In this document: positions 44,801 to 59,800 of the stretch, piece after piece
Numbering within the stretch: the stretch's first letter is position 1
How the letters are laid out: each line of letters begins with the position of its first letter
From: Eledone cirrhosa
Lineage: Eukaryota
Assembly: GCA_964016885.1 (NCBI GenBank)
Contig: OZ024750.1
Span: forward strand, 28,768,001 to 28,832,000
DNA: 64,000 nt
Direction: 5' to 3'
Notes under the pieces: model-generated
Databases searched by the model: none
Seen by the model: the letters and a program-made list of their open reading frames with translations, nothing else
What the model was told of the DNA's origin: nothing
Translations under genes and position numbers: made by a program

Positions 44801-47800
44801 TCGTTCCTTTTCCAGCCCAGCCTGCCAACTATCTACCTTACTATAAATTACTGTCGTTCCTTTTCCAGCCCAGCCTGCCAACTGCCTACCTTACTATAAA
44901 TTACTGTCGTTCCTTTTCCAGCCCAGCCTGCCAACTGCCTACCTTACTATAAATTACTGTCGTTCCTTTTCCAGCCCAGCCTGCCAACTGCCTACCTTAC
45001 TATAAATTACTGTCGTTCCTTTTCCAGCCCAGCCTGCCAACTGCCTACCTTACTATAAATTACTGTCGTTCCTTTTCCAGCCCAGCCTGCCAACTACCTA
45101 CCTTACTATAAATTACTGTCGTTCCTTTTCCACCCGATCCTGCCAACTACCTACCTTACTATAAATTACTGTCGTTCCTTTTCCAGCCGAGCCTGCCAAC
45201 TACCTACCTTACTATAAATTACTGTCGTTCCTTTTCCAGCCCAGCCTGCCAACTGCCTACCTTACTATAAATTACGGTCGTTCCTTTTCCACCCCAGCCT
45301 GCCAACTACCTACCTTACTATAAATTACTGTCGTTCCTTTTCCACCCGAGCCTGTCAACTACCTACCTTACTATAAATTACTGTCGTTCCTTTTCCAGCC
45401 CAGCCTGCCAACTACCTACCTTACTATAAATTACTGTCGTTCCTTTTCCAGCCCAGCCTGCCAACTACCTACCTTACTATAAATTACTGTCGTTCCTTTT
45501 CCAGCCCAGCCTGCCAACTACCTACCTTACTATAAATTACTGTCGTTCCTTTTCCAGCCCAGCCTGCCAACTACCTACCTTACTATAAATTACTGTCGTT
45601 CCTTTTCCAGCCCAGCCTGCCAACTACCTACCTTACTATAAATTACTGTCGTTCCTTTTCCAGCCCAGCCTGCCAACTACCTACCTTACTATAAATTACT
45701 GTCGTTCCTTTTCCAGCCCAGCCTGCCAACTATCTACCTTACTATAAATTACTGTCGTTCCTTTTCCAGCCCAGCCTGCCAACTACCTACCTTACTATAA
45801 ATTACTGTCGTTCCTTTTCCACCCGAGCCTGCCAACTATCTACCTTACTATAAATTACTGTCGTTCCTTTTCCACCCAGCCTGCCAACTATCTACCTTAC
45901 TATAAATTACTGTCGTTCCTTTTCCAGCCCAGCCTGCCAACTACCTACCTTACTATAAATTACTGTCGTTCCTTTTCCAGCCCAGCCTGCCAACTACCTA
46001 CCTTACTATAAATTACTGTCGTTCCTTTTCCAGCCCAGCCTGCCAACTATCTACCTTACTATAAATTACTGTCGTTCCTTTTCCAGCCCAGCCTGCCAAC
46101 TACCTACCTTACTATAAATTACTGTCGTTCCTTTTCCACCCGAGCCTGCCAACTATCTACCTTACTATAAATTACTGTCGTTCCTTTTCCAGCCCAGCCT
46201 GCCAACTATCTACCTTACTATAAATTACTGTCGTTCCTTTTCCAGCCCAGCCTGCCAACTACCTACCTTACTATAAATTACTGTCGTTCCTTTTCCAGCC
46301 CAGCCTGCCAACTACCTACCTTACTATAAATTACTGTCGTTCCTTTTCCAGCCCAGCCTGCCAACTATCTACCTTACTATAAATTACTGTCGTTCCTTTT
46401 CCAGCCCAGCCTGCCAACTACCTACCTTACTATAAATTACTGTCGTTCCTTTTCCAGCCCAGCCTGCCAACTACCTACCTTACTATAAATTACTGTCGTT
46501 CCTTTTCCAGCCCAGCCTGCCAACTATCTACCTTACTATAAATTACTGTCGTTCCTTTTCCAGCCCAGCCTGCCAACTACCTACCTTACTATAAATTACT
46601 GTCGTTCCTTTTCCACCCGAGCCTGCCAACTATCTACCTTACTATAAATTACTGTCGTTCCTTTTCCAGCCCAGCCTGCCAACTATCTACCTTACTATAA
46701 ATTACTGTCGTTCCTTTTCCAGCCCAGCCTGCCAACTACCTACCTTACTATAAATTACTGTCGTTCCTTTTCCAGCCCAGCCTGCCAACTATCTACCTTA
46801 CTATAAATTACTGTCGTTCCTTTTCCAGCCCAGCCTGCCAACTGCCTACCTTACTATAAATTACTGTCGTTCCTTTTCCAGCCCAGCCTGCCAACTACCT
46901 ACCTTACTATAAATTACTGTCGTTCCTTTTCCAGCCCAGCCTGCCAACTATCTACCTTACTATAAATTACTGTCGTTCCTTTTCCAGCCCAGCCTGCCAA
47001 CTATCTACCTTACTATAAATTACTGTCGTTCCTTTTCCAGCCCAGCCTGCCAACTGCCTACCTTACTATAAATTACTGTCGTTCCTTTTCCAGCCCAGCC
47101 TGCCAACTGCCTACCTTACTATAAATTACTGTCGTTCCTTTTCCAGCCCAGCCTGCCAACTGCCTACCTTACTATAAATTACTGTCGTTCCTTTTCCAGC
47201 CCAGCCTGCCAACTGCCTACCTTACTATAAATTACTGTCGTTCCTTTTCCAGCCCAGCCTGCCAACTACCTACCTTACTATAAATTACTGTCGTTCCTTT
47301 TCCACCCGATCCTGCCAACTACCTACCTTACTATAAATTACTGTCGTTCCTTTTCCAGCCGAGCCTGCCAACTACCTACCTTACTATAAATTACTGTCGT
47401 TCCTTTTCCAGCCCAGCCTGCCAACTGCCTACCTTACTATAAATTACGGTCGTTCCTTTTCCACCCCAGCCTGCCAACTACCTACCTTACTATAAATTAC
47501 TGTCGTTCCTTTTCCACCCGAGCCTGTCAACTACCTACCTTACTATAAATTACTGTCGTTCCTTTTCCAGCCCAGCCTGCCAACTACCTACCTTACTATA
47601 AATTACTGTCATTCCTTTTCCACCCGAGCCTGCCAACTACCTACCTTACTATAAATTACTGTCATTCCTTTTCCACCCAGCCTGCCAACTACCTACCTTA
47701 CTATAAATTACTGTCGTTCCTTTTCCAGCCCAGCCTGCCAACTGCCTACCTTACTATAAATTACGGTCGTTCCTTTTCCACCCCAGCCTGCCAACTACCT

Positions 47801-50800
47801 ACCTTACTATAAATTACTGTCGTTCCTTTTCCACCCGAGCCTGTCAACTACCTACCTTACTATAAATTACTGTCGTTCCTTTTCCAGCCCAGCCTGCCAA
47901 CTACCTACCTTACTATAAATTACTGTCGTTCCTTTTCCAGCCCAGCCTGCCAACTGCCTACCTTACTATAAATTACGGTCGTTCCTTTTCCACCCCAGCC
48001 TGCCAACTACCTACCTTACTATAAATTACTGTCGTTCCTTTTCCACCCGAGCCTGTCAACTACCTACCTTACTATAAATTACGGTCGTTCCTTTTCCACC
48101 CCAGCCTGCCAACTACCTACCTTACTATAAATTACTGTCGTTCCTTTTCCACCCGAGCCTGCCAACTACCTACCTTACTATAAATTACGGTCGTTCCTTT
48201 TCCAGCCGAGCCTGCCAACTACCTACCTTACTATAAATTACTGTCGTTCCTTTTCCACCCAGCCTGCCAACTACCAACCCTACTATAAATTACTGTCGTT
48301 CCTTTTCCACCCGAGCCTGCCAACTACCTACCTTACTATAAATTACTGTCGTTCCTTTTCCACCCGAGCCTGTCAACTACCTACCTTACTATAAATTACT
48401 GTCGTTCCTTTTCCACCCGAGCCTGCCAACTACCTACCTTACTATAAATTACTGTCGTTCCTTTTCCACCCGAGCCTGCCAACTACCTACCTTACTATAA
48501 ATTACTGTCGTTCCTTTTCCAGCAGAGCCTGCCAACTACCTACCTTACTATAAATTACTGTCGTTCCTTTTCCACCCGAGCCTGCCAACTACCTACCTTA
48601 CTATAAATTACTGTCGTTCCTTTTCCACCCGAGCCTGCCAACTACCTACCTTACTATAAATTACTGTCGTTCCTTTTCCACCCGAGCCTGCCAACTACCT
48701 ACCTTACTATAAATTACTGTCGTTCCTTTTCCACCCGAGCCTGCCAACTACCTACCTTACTATAAATTACTGTCGTTCCTTTTCCACCCGAGCCTGCCAA
48801 CTACCTACCTTACTATAAATTACTGTCGTTCCTTTTCCACCCGAGCCTGCCAACTACCTACCTTACTATAAATTACTGTCGTTCCTTTTCCACCCGAGCC
48901 TGCCAACTACCTACCTTACTATAAATTACTGTCGTTCCTTTTCCACCCGAGCCTGCCAACTACCTACCTTACTATAAATTACTGTCGTTCCTTTTCCACC
49001 CGAGCCTGCCAACTACCTACCTTACTATAAATTACTGTCGTTCCTTTTCCACCCGAGCCTGCCAACTACCTACCTTACTATAAATTACTGTCGTTCCTTT
49101 TCCACCCGAGCCTGCCAACTACCTACCTTACTATAAATTACTGTCGTTCCTTTTCCACCCGAGCCTGCCAACTACCTACCTTACTATAAATTACTGTCGT
49201 TCCTTTTCCACCCGAGCCTGCCAACTACCTACCTTACTATAAATTACTGTCGTTCCTTTTCCACCCGAGCCTGCCAACTACCTACCTTACTATAAATTAC
49301 TGTCGTTCCTTTTCCAGCAGAGCCTGCCAACTACCTACCTTACTATAAATTACTGTCGTTCCTTTTCCACCCGAGCCTGCCAACTACCTACCTTACTATA
49401 AATTACTGTCGTTCCTTTTCCACCCGAGCCTGCCAACTACCTACCTTACTATAAATTACTGTCGTTCCTTTTCCACCCGAGCCTGCCAACTACCTACCTT
49501 ACTATAAATTACTGTCGTTCCTTTTCCAGCCCAGCCTGCCAACTACCTACCTTACTATAAATTACTGTCGTTCCTTTTCCACCCGAGCCTGCCAACTACC
49601 TACCTTACTATAAATTACTGTCGTTCCTTTTCCACCCGAGCCTGCCAACTACCTACCTTACTATAAATTACTGTCGTTCCTTTTCCACCCGAGCCTGCCA
49701 ACTACCTACCTTACTATAAATTACTGTCGTTCCTTTTCCACCCGAGCCTGCCAACTACCTACCTTACTATAAATTACTGTCGTTCCTTTTCCACCCAGCC
49801 TGCCAACTACCTACCTACTATAAATTACTGTCGTTCCTTTTCCACCCAGCCTGCCAACTACCTACCTTACTATAAATTACTGTCGTTCCTTTTCCAGCCC
49901 AGCCTGCCAACTGCCTACCTTACTATAAATTACTGTCGTTCCTTTTCCACCCAGCCTGCCAACTACCTACCTTACTATAAATTACTGTCGTTCCTTTTCC
50001 ACCCAGCCTGTCAACTACCTACCTTACTATGAATTACTGTCGTTCCTTTTCCACCCAGCCTGCCAACTACCTACCTTACTATAAATTACTGTCGTTCCTT
50101 TTCCAGCCCAGCCTGCCAACTGCCTACCTTACTATAAATTACTGTCGTTCCTTTTCCACCCAGCCTGCCAACTACCTACCTTACTATAAATTACTGTCGT
50201 TCCTTTTCCACCCAGCCTGTCAACTACCTACCTTACTATAAATTACTGTCGTTCCTTTTCCACCCAGCCTGCCAACTACCTACCTTACTATAAATTACTG
50301 TCGTTCCTTTTCCACCCAGCCTGCCAACTACCTACCTTACTATAAATTACTGTCGTTCCTTTTCCAGCCCAGCCTGCCAACTACTTACCTTACTATAAAT
50401 TACTGTCGTTCCTTTTCCAGCCCAGCCTGCCAACTGCCTACCTTACTATAAATTACTGTCGTTCCTTTTCCACCCAGCCTGCCAACTACCTACCTTACTA
50501 TAAATTACTGTCGTTCCTTTTCCACCCAGCCTGTCAACTACCTACCTTACTATAAATTACTGTCGTTCCTTTTCCACCCAGCCTGCCAACTACCTACCTT
50601 ACTATAAATTACTGTCGTTCCTTTTCCAGCCCAGCCTGCCAACTGCCTACCTTACTATAAATTACTGTCGTTCCTTTTCCACCCAGCCTGCCAACTACCT
50701 ACCTTACTATAAATTACTGTCGTTCCTTTTCCACCCAGCCTGTCAACTACCTACCTTACTATAAATTACTGTCGTTCCTTTTCCACCCAGCCTGCCAACT

Positions 50801-53800
50801 ACCTACCGTACTATAAATTACTGTCGTTCCTTTTCCACCCAGCCTGCCAACTACCTACCTTACTATAAATTACTGTCGTTCCTTTTCCAGCCCAGCCTGC
50901 CAACTACTTACCTTACTATAAATTACTGTAGTTCCTTTTCCAGCCCAGCCTGCCAACTACCTACCTTACTATAAATTACTGTCGTTCCTTTTCCAGCCGA
51001 GCCTGCCAACTACCTACCTTACTATAAATTACTGTCGTTCCTTTTCCACCCAGCCTGCCAACTACCTACCTTACTATAAATTACTGTCGTTCCTTTTCCA
51101 GCCCAGCCTGCCAACTACTTACCTTACTATAAATTACTGTCGTTCCTTTTCCAGCCGAGCCTGCCAACTACCTACCTTACTATAAATTACTGTCGTTCCT
51201 TTTCCACCCGAGCCTGCCAACTATCTACCTTACTATAAATTACTGTCGTTCCTTTTCCAGCCGAGCCTGCCAACTACCTACCTTACTATAAATTACTGTC
51301 GTTCCTTTTCCACCCAGCCTGCCAACTACCTACCTTACTATAAATTACTGTCGTTCCTTTTCCACCCGAGCCTGCCAACTACCTACCTTACTATAAATTA
51401 CTGTCGTTCCTTTTCCACCCAGCCTGTCAACTACCTACCTTACTATAAATTACTGTCGTTCCTTTTCCAGCCCAGCCTGCCAACTACCTACCTTACTATA
51501 AATTACTGTCGTTCCTTTTCCACCCAGCCTGTCAACTACCTACCTTACTATAAATTACTGTCGTTCCTTTTCCACCCAGCCTGCCAACTACCTACCTTAC
51601 TATAAATTACTGTCGTTCCTTTTCCAGCCCAGCCTGCCAACTGCCTACCTTACTATAAATTACTGTCGTTCCTTTTCCAGCCCAGCCTGCCAACTGCCTA
51701 CCTTACTATAAATTACTGTCGTTCCTTTTCCAGCCCAGCCTGCCAACTACCTACCTTACTATAAATTACTGTCGTTCCTTTTCCACCCAGCCTGTCAACT
51801 ACCTACCTTACTATAAATTACTGTCGTTCCTTTTCCACCCAGCCTGCCAACTACCTACCTTACTATAAATTACTGTCGTTCCTTTTCCAGCCCAGCCTGC
51901 CAACTGCCTACCTTACTATAAATTACTGTCGTTCCTTTTCCAGCCCAGCCTGCCAACTACCTACCTTACTATAAATTACTGTCGTTCCTTTTCCACCCAG
52001 CCTGCCAACTGCCTACCTTACTATAAATTACTGTCGTTCCTTTTCCAGCCCAGCCTGCCAACTGCCTACCTTACTATAAATTACTGTCGTTCCTTTTCCA
52101 GCCCAGCCTGCCAACTGCCTACCTTACTATAAATTACTGTCGTTCCTTTTCCAGCCCAGCCTGCCAACTGCCTACCTTACTATAAATTACTGTCGTTCCT
52201 TTTCCAGCCCAGCCTGCCAACTGCCTACCTTACTATAAATTACTGTCGTTCCTTTTCCAGCCGAGCCTGCCAACTACCTACCTTACTATAAATTACTGTC
52301 GTTCCTTTTCCAGCCGAGCCTGCCAACTACCTACCTTACTATAAATTACTGTCGTTCCTTTTCCAGCCGAGCCTGCCAACTACCTACCTTACTATAAATT
52401 ACTGTCGTTCCTTTTCCAGCCGAGCCTGCCAACTACCTACCTTACTATAAATTACTGTCGTTCCTTTTCCAGCCCAGCCTGCCAACTGCCTACCTTACTA
52501 TAAATTACTGTCGTTCCTTTTCCAGCCCAGCCTGCCAACTGCCTACCTTACTATAAATTACTGTCGTTCCTTTTCCAGCCCAGCCTGCCAACTACCTACC
52601 TTACTATAAATTACTGTCGTTCCTTTTCCTGCCGAGCCTGCCAACTACCTACCTTACTATAAATTACTGTCGTTCCTTTTCCACCCAGCCTGCCAACTAC
52701 CTACCTTACTATAAATTACTGTCGTTCCTTTTCCAGCCGAGCCTGCCAACTGCCTACCTTACTATAAATTACTGTCGTTCCTTTTCCAGCCCAGCCTGCC
52801 AACTACCTACCTTACTATAAATTACTGTCGTTCCTTTTCCAGCCGAGTCTGCCAACTACCTACCTTACTATAAATTACTGTCGTTCCTTTTCCAGCCGAG
52901 CCTGCCAACTGCCTACCTTACTATAAATTACTGTCGTTCCTTTTCCAGCCCAGCCTGCCAACTACCTACCTTACTATAAATTACTGTCGTTCCTTTTCCA
53001 GCCGAGCCTGCCAACTGCCTACCTTACTATAAATTACTGTCGTTCCTTTTCCAGCCCAGCCTGCCAACTACCTACCTTACTATAAATTACTGTCGTTCCT
53101 TTTCCAGCCGAGTCTGCCAACTACCTACCTTACTATAAATTACTGTCGTTCCTTTTCCAGCCCAGCCTGCCAACTGCCTACCTTACTATAAATTACTGTC
53201 GTTCCTTTTCCAGCCCAGCCTGCCAACTACCTACCTTACTATAAATTACTGTCGTTCCTTTTCCAGCCCAGCCTGCCAACTACCTACCTTACTATAAATT
53301 ACTGTCGTTCCTTTTCCAGCCCAGCCTGCCAACTACCTACCTTACTATAAATTACTGTCGTTCCTTTTCCAGCCGAGTCTGCCAACTACCTACCTTACTA
53401 TAAATTACTGTCGTTCCTTTTCCAGCCCAGCCTGCCAACTACCTACCTTACTATAAATTACTGTCGTTCCTTTTCCAGCCCAGCCTGCCAACTACCTACC
53501 TTACTATAAATTACTGTCGTTCCTTTTCCAGCCCAGCCTGCCAACTGCCTACCTTACTATAAATTACTGTCGTTCCTTTTCCAGCCGAGCCTGCCAACTA
53601 CCTACCTTACTATAAATTACTGTCGTTCCTTTTCCAGCCCAGCCTGCCAACTACCTACCTTACTATAAATTACTGTCGTTCCTTTTCCAGCCGAGTCTGC
53701 CAACTACCTACCTTACTATAAATTACTGTCGTTCCTTTTCCAGCCCAGCCTGCCAACTGCCTACCTTACTATAAATTACTGTCGTTCCTTTTCCAGCCCA

Positions 53801-56800
53801 GCCTGCCAACTACCTACCTTACTATAAATTACTGTCGTTCCTTTTCCAGCCCAGCCTGCCAACTACCTACCTTACTATAAATTACTGTCGTTCCTTTTCC
53901 AGCCGAGTCTGCCAACTACCTACCTTACTATAAATTACTGTCGTTCCTTTTCCAGCCCAGCCTGCCAACTGCCTACCTTACTATAAATTACTGTCGTTCC
54001 TTTTCCAGCCCAGCCTGCCAACTGCCTACCTTACTATAAATTACTGTCGTTCCTTTTCCAGCCGAGCCTGCCAACTACCTACCTTACTATAAATTACTGT
54101 CGTTCCTTTTCCAGCCCAGCCTACCAACTGCCTACCTTACTATAAATTACTGTCGTTCCTTTTCCAGCCGAGTCTGCCAACTACCTACCTTACTATAAAT
54201 TACTGTCGTTCCTTTTCCAGCCCAGCCTGCCAACTGCCTACCTTACTATAAATTACTGTCGTTCCTTTTCCAGCCCAGCCTGCCAACTACCTACCTTACT
54301 ATAAATTACTGTCGTTCCTTTTCCAGCCCAGCCTGCCAACTACCTACCTTACTATAAATTACTGTCGTTCCTTTTCCAGCCCAGCCTGCCAACTGCCTAC
54401 CTTACTATAAATTACTGTCGTTCCTTTTCCAGCCCAGCCTGCCAACTACCTACCTTACTATAAATTACTGTCGTTCCTTTTCCAGCCCAGCCTGCCAACT
54501 ACCTACCTTACTATAAATTACTGTCGTTCCTTTTCCAGCCGAGTCTGCCAACTACCTACCTTACTATAAATTACTGTCGTTCCTTTTCCAGCCCAGCCTA
54601 CCAACTGCCTACCTTACTATAAATTACTGTCGTTCCTTTTCCAGCCGAGTCTGCCAACTACCTACCTTACTATAAATTACTGTCGTTCCTTTTCCACCCG
54701 AGCCTGCCAACTACCTACCTTACTATAAATTACTGTCGTTCCTTTTCCAGCCCAGCCTGCCAACTACCTACCTTACTATAAATTACTGTCGTTCCTTTTC
54801 CAGCCCAGCCTGCCAACTACCTACCTTACTATAAATTACTGTCGTTCCTTTTCCAGCCCAGCCTGCCAACTACCTACCTTACTATAAATTACTGTCGTTC
54901 CTTTTCCAGCCCAGCCTACCAACTGCCTACCTTACTATAAATTACTGTCGTTCCTTTTCCAGCCGAGTCTGCCAACTACCTACCTTACTATAAATTACTG
55001 TCGTTCCTTTTCCACCCGAGCCTGCCAACTACCTACCTTACTATAAATTACTGTCGTTCCTTTTCCAGCCCAGCCTGCCAACTACCTACCTTACTATAAA
55101 TTACTGTCGTTCCTTTTCCAGCCCAGCCTACCAACTGCCTACCTTACTATAAATTACTGTCGTTCCTTTTCCAGCCGAGTCTGCCAACTACCTACCTTAC
55201 TATAAATTACTGTCGTTCCTTTTCCACCCGAGCCTGCCAACTACCTACCTTACTATAAATTACTGTCGTTCCTTTTCCAGCCCAGCCTGCCAACTACCTA
55301 CCTTACTATAAATTACTGTCGTTCCTTTTCCAGCCCAGCCTACCAACTGCCTACCTTACTATAAATTACTGTCGTTCCTTTTCCAGCCGAGTCTGCCAAC
55401 TACCTACCTTACTATAAATTACTGTCGTTCCTTTTCCACCCGAGCCTGCCAACTACCTACCTTACTATAAATTACTGTCGTTCCTTTTCCAGCCCAGCCT
55501 GCCAACTACCTACCTTACTATAAATTACTGTCGTTCCTTTTCCAGCCCAGCCTACCAACTGCCTACCTTACTATAAATTACTGTCGTTCCTTTTCCAGCC
55601 GAGTCTGCCAACTACCTACCTTACTATAAATTACTGTCGTTCCTTTTCCACCCGAGCCTGCCAACTACCTACCTTACTATAAATTACTGTCGTTCCTTTT
55701 CCAGCCCAGCCTGCCAACTACCTACCTTACTATAAATTACTGTCGTTCCTTTTCCAGCCCAGCCTACCAACTGCCTACCTTACTATAAATTACTGTCGTT
55801 CCTTTTCCACCCGAGCCTGCCAACTACCTACCTTACTATAAATTACTGTCGTTCCTTTTCCAGCCCAGCCTGCCAACTACCTACCTTACTATAAATTACT
55901 GTCGTTCCTTTTCCACCCGAGCCTGCCAACTACCTACCTTACTATAAATTACTGTCGTTCCTTTTCCACCCGAGCCTGCCAACTACCTACCTTACTATAA
56001 ATTACTGTCGTTCCTTTTCCACCCGAGCCTGCCAACTACCTACCTTACTATAAATTACTGTCGTTCCTTTTCCAGCCCAGCCTGCCAACTACCTACCTTA
56101 CTATAAATTACTGTCGTTCCTTTTCCACCAAGCCTGCCAACTACCTACCTTACTATAAATTACTGTCGTTCCTTTTCCAGCCGAGTCTGCCAACTACCTA
56201 CCTTACTATAAATTACTGTCGTTCCTTTTCCAGCCCAGCCTGCCAACTACCTACCTTACTATAAATTACTGTCGTTCCTTTTCCACCCGAGCCTGCCAAC
56301 TACCTACCTTACTATAAATTACTGTCGTTCCTTTTCCACCCGAGCCTGCCAACTACCTACCTTACTATAAATTACTGTCGTTCCTTTTCCAGCCGAGCCT
56401 GCCAACTACCTACCTTACTATAAATTACTGTCGTTCCTTTTCCACCCGAGCCTGTCAACTACCTACCTTACTATAAATTACTGTCGTTCCTTTTCCACCC
56501 GAGCCTGCCAACTACCTACCTTACTATAAATTACTGTCGTTCCTTTTCCACCCGAGCCTGCCAACTACCTACCTTACTATAAATTACTGTCGTTCCTTTT
56601 CCAGCCGAGCCTGCCAACTACCTACCTTACTATAAATTACTGTCGTTCCTTTTCCAGCCGAGCCTGCCAACTGCCTACCTTACTATAAATTACTGTCGTT
56701 CCTTTTCCAGCCCAGCCTGCCAACTACCTACCTTACTATAAATTACTGTCGTTCCTTTTCCACCCGAGCCTGCCAACTACCTACCTTACTATAAATTACT

Positions 56801-59800
56801 GTCGTTCCTTTTCCACCCGAGCCTGCCAACTACCTACCTTACTATAAATTACTGTCGTTCCTTTTCCAGCCGAGCCTGCCAACTACCTACCTTACTATAA
56901 ATTACTGTCGTTCCTTTTCCAGCCGAGCCTGCCAACTGCCTACCTTACTATAAATTACTGTCGTTCCTTTTCCAGCCCAGCCTGCCAACTACCTACCTTA
57001 CTATAAATTACTGTCGTTCCTTTTCCACCCGAGCCTGCCAACTACCTACCTTACTATAAATTACTGTCGTTCCTTTTCCACCCGAGCCTGCCAACTACCT
57101 ACCTTACTATAAATTACTGTCGTTCCTTTTCCAGCCGAGCCTGCCAACTACCTACCTTACTATAAATTACTGTCGTTCCTTTTCCACCCGAGCCTGTCAA
57201 CTACCTACCTTACTATAAATTACTGTCGTTCCTTTTCCACCCGAGCCTGCCAACTACCTACCTTACTATAAATTACTGTCGTTCCTTTTCCAGCCGAGCC
57301 TGCCAACTACCTACCTTACTATAAATTACTGTCGTTCCTTTTCCACCCGAGCCTGTCAACTACCTACCTTACTATAAATTACTGTCGTTCCTTTTCCACC
57401 CGAGCCTGCCAACTACCTACCTTACTATAAATTACTGTCGTTCCTTTTCCAGCCGAGCCTGCCAACTACCTACCTTACTATAAATTACTGTCGTTCCTTT
57501 TCCACCCGAGCCTGCCAACTACCTACCTTACTATAAATTACTGTCGTTCCTTTTCCAGCCCAGCCTGCCAACTACCTACCTTACTATAAATTACTGTCGT
57601 TCCTTTTCCACCCGAGCCTGCCAACTACCTACCTTACTATAAATTACTGTCGTTCCTTTTCCAGCCGAGCCTGCCAACTACCTACCTTACTATAAATTAC
57701 TGTCGTTCCTTTTCCACCCGAGCCTGCCAACTACCTACCTTACTATAAATTACTGTCGTTCCTTTTCCAGCCCAGCCTGCCAACTACCTACCTTACTATA
57801 AATTACTGTCGTTCCTTTTCCACCCGAGCCTGCCAACTACCTACCTTACTATAAATTACTGTCGTTCCTTTTCCAGCCGAGCCTGCCAACTACCTACCTT
57901 ACTATAAATTACTGTCGTTCCTTTTCCACCCGAGCCTGCCAACTACCTACCTTACTATAAATTACTGTCGTTCCTTTTCCAGCCGAGCCTGCCAACTACC
58001 TACCTTACTATAAATTACTGTCGTTCCTTTTCCACCCGAGCCTGCCAACTACCTACCTTACTATAAATTACTGTCGTTCCTTTTCCAGCCCAGCCTGCCA
58101 ACTACCTACCTTACTATAAATTACTGTCGTTCCTTTTCCACCCGAGCCTGCCAACTACCTACCTTACTATAAATTACTGTCGTTCCTTTTCCAGCCCAGC
58201 CTGCCAACTACCTACCTTACTATAAATTACTGTCGTTCCTTTTCCAGCCCAGCCTGCCAACTACCTACCTTACTATAAATTACTGTCGTTCCTTTTCCAC
58301 CCGAGCCTGCCAACTACCTACCTTACTATAAATTACTGTCGTTCCTTTTCCAGCCCAGCCTGCCAACTACCTACCTTACTATAAATTACTGTCGTTCCTT
58401 TTCCACCAAGCCTGCCAACTACCTACCTTACTATAAATTACTGTCGTTCCTTTTCCAGCCGAGCCTGCCAACTACCTACCTTACTATAAATTACTGTCGT
58501 TCCTTTTCCACCCGAGCCTGCCAACTACCTACCTTACTATAAATTACTGTCGTTCCTTTTCCAGCCCAGCCTGCCAACTACCTACCTTACTATAAATTAC
58601 TGTCGTTCCTTTTCCACCCGAGCCTGCCAACTACCTACCTTACTATAAATTACTGTCGTTCCTTTTCCAGCCCAGCCTGCCAACTACCTACCTTACTATA
58701 AATTACTGTCGTTCCTTTTCCACCCGAGCCTGCCAACTACCTACCTTACTATAAATTACTGTCGTTCCTTTTCCAGCCCAGCCTGCCAACTACCTACCTT
58801 ACTATAAATTACTGTCGTTCCTTTTCCAGCCGAGTCTGCCAACTACCTACCTTACTATAAATTACTGTCGTTCCTTTTCCAGCCGAGTCTGCCAACTACC
58901 TACCTTACTATAAATTACTGTCGTTCCTTTTCCACCCGAGCCTGCCAACTACCTACCTTACTATAAATTACTGTCGTTCCTTTTCCACCCGAGCCTGCCA
59001 ACTACCTACCTTACTATAAATTACTGTCGTTCCTTTTCCAGCCGAGTCTGCCAACTACCTACCTTACTATAAATTACTGTCGTTCCTTTTCCACCCGAGC
59101 CTGCCAACTACCTACCTTACTATAAATTACTGTCGTTCCTTTTCCAGCCGAGTCTGCCAACTACCTACCTTACTATAAATTACTGTCGTTCCTTTTCCAC
59201 CCGAGCCTGCCAACTACTTACCTTACTATAAATTACTGTCGTTCCTTTTCCACCCAGCCTGCCAACTACCTACCTTACTATAAATTACTGTCGTTCCTTT
59301 TCCACCCAGCCTGCCAACTACCTACCTTACTATAAATTACTGTCGTTCCTTTTCCAGCCCAGCCTGCCAACTACCTACCTTACTATAAATTACTGTCGTT
59401 CCTTTTCCACCCAGCCTGCCAACTACCTACCTTACTATAAATTACTGTCGTTCCTTTTCCAGCCGAGCCTGCCAACTACCTACCTTACTATAAATTACTG
59501 TCGTTCCTTTTCCAGCCCAGCCTGCCAACTACCTACCTTACTATAAATTACTGTCGTTCCTTTTCCACCCAGCCTGCCAACTACCTACCTTACTATAAAT
59601 TACTGTCGTTCCTTTTCCAGCCGAGTCTGCCAACTACCTACCTTACTATAAATTACTGTCGTTCCTTTTCCAGCCCAGCCTGCCAACTACCTACCTTACT
59701 ATAAATTACTGTCGTTCCTTTTCCAGCCGATCCTGCCAACTACCTACCTTACTATAAATTACTGTCGTTCCTTTTCCACCCGAGCCTGCCAACTACCTAC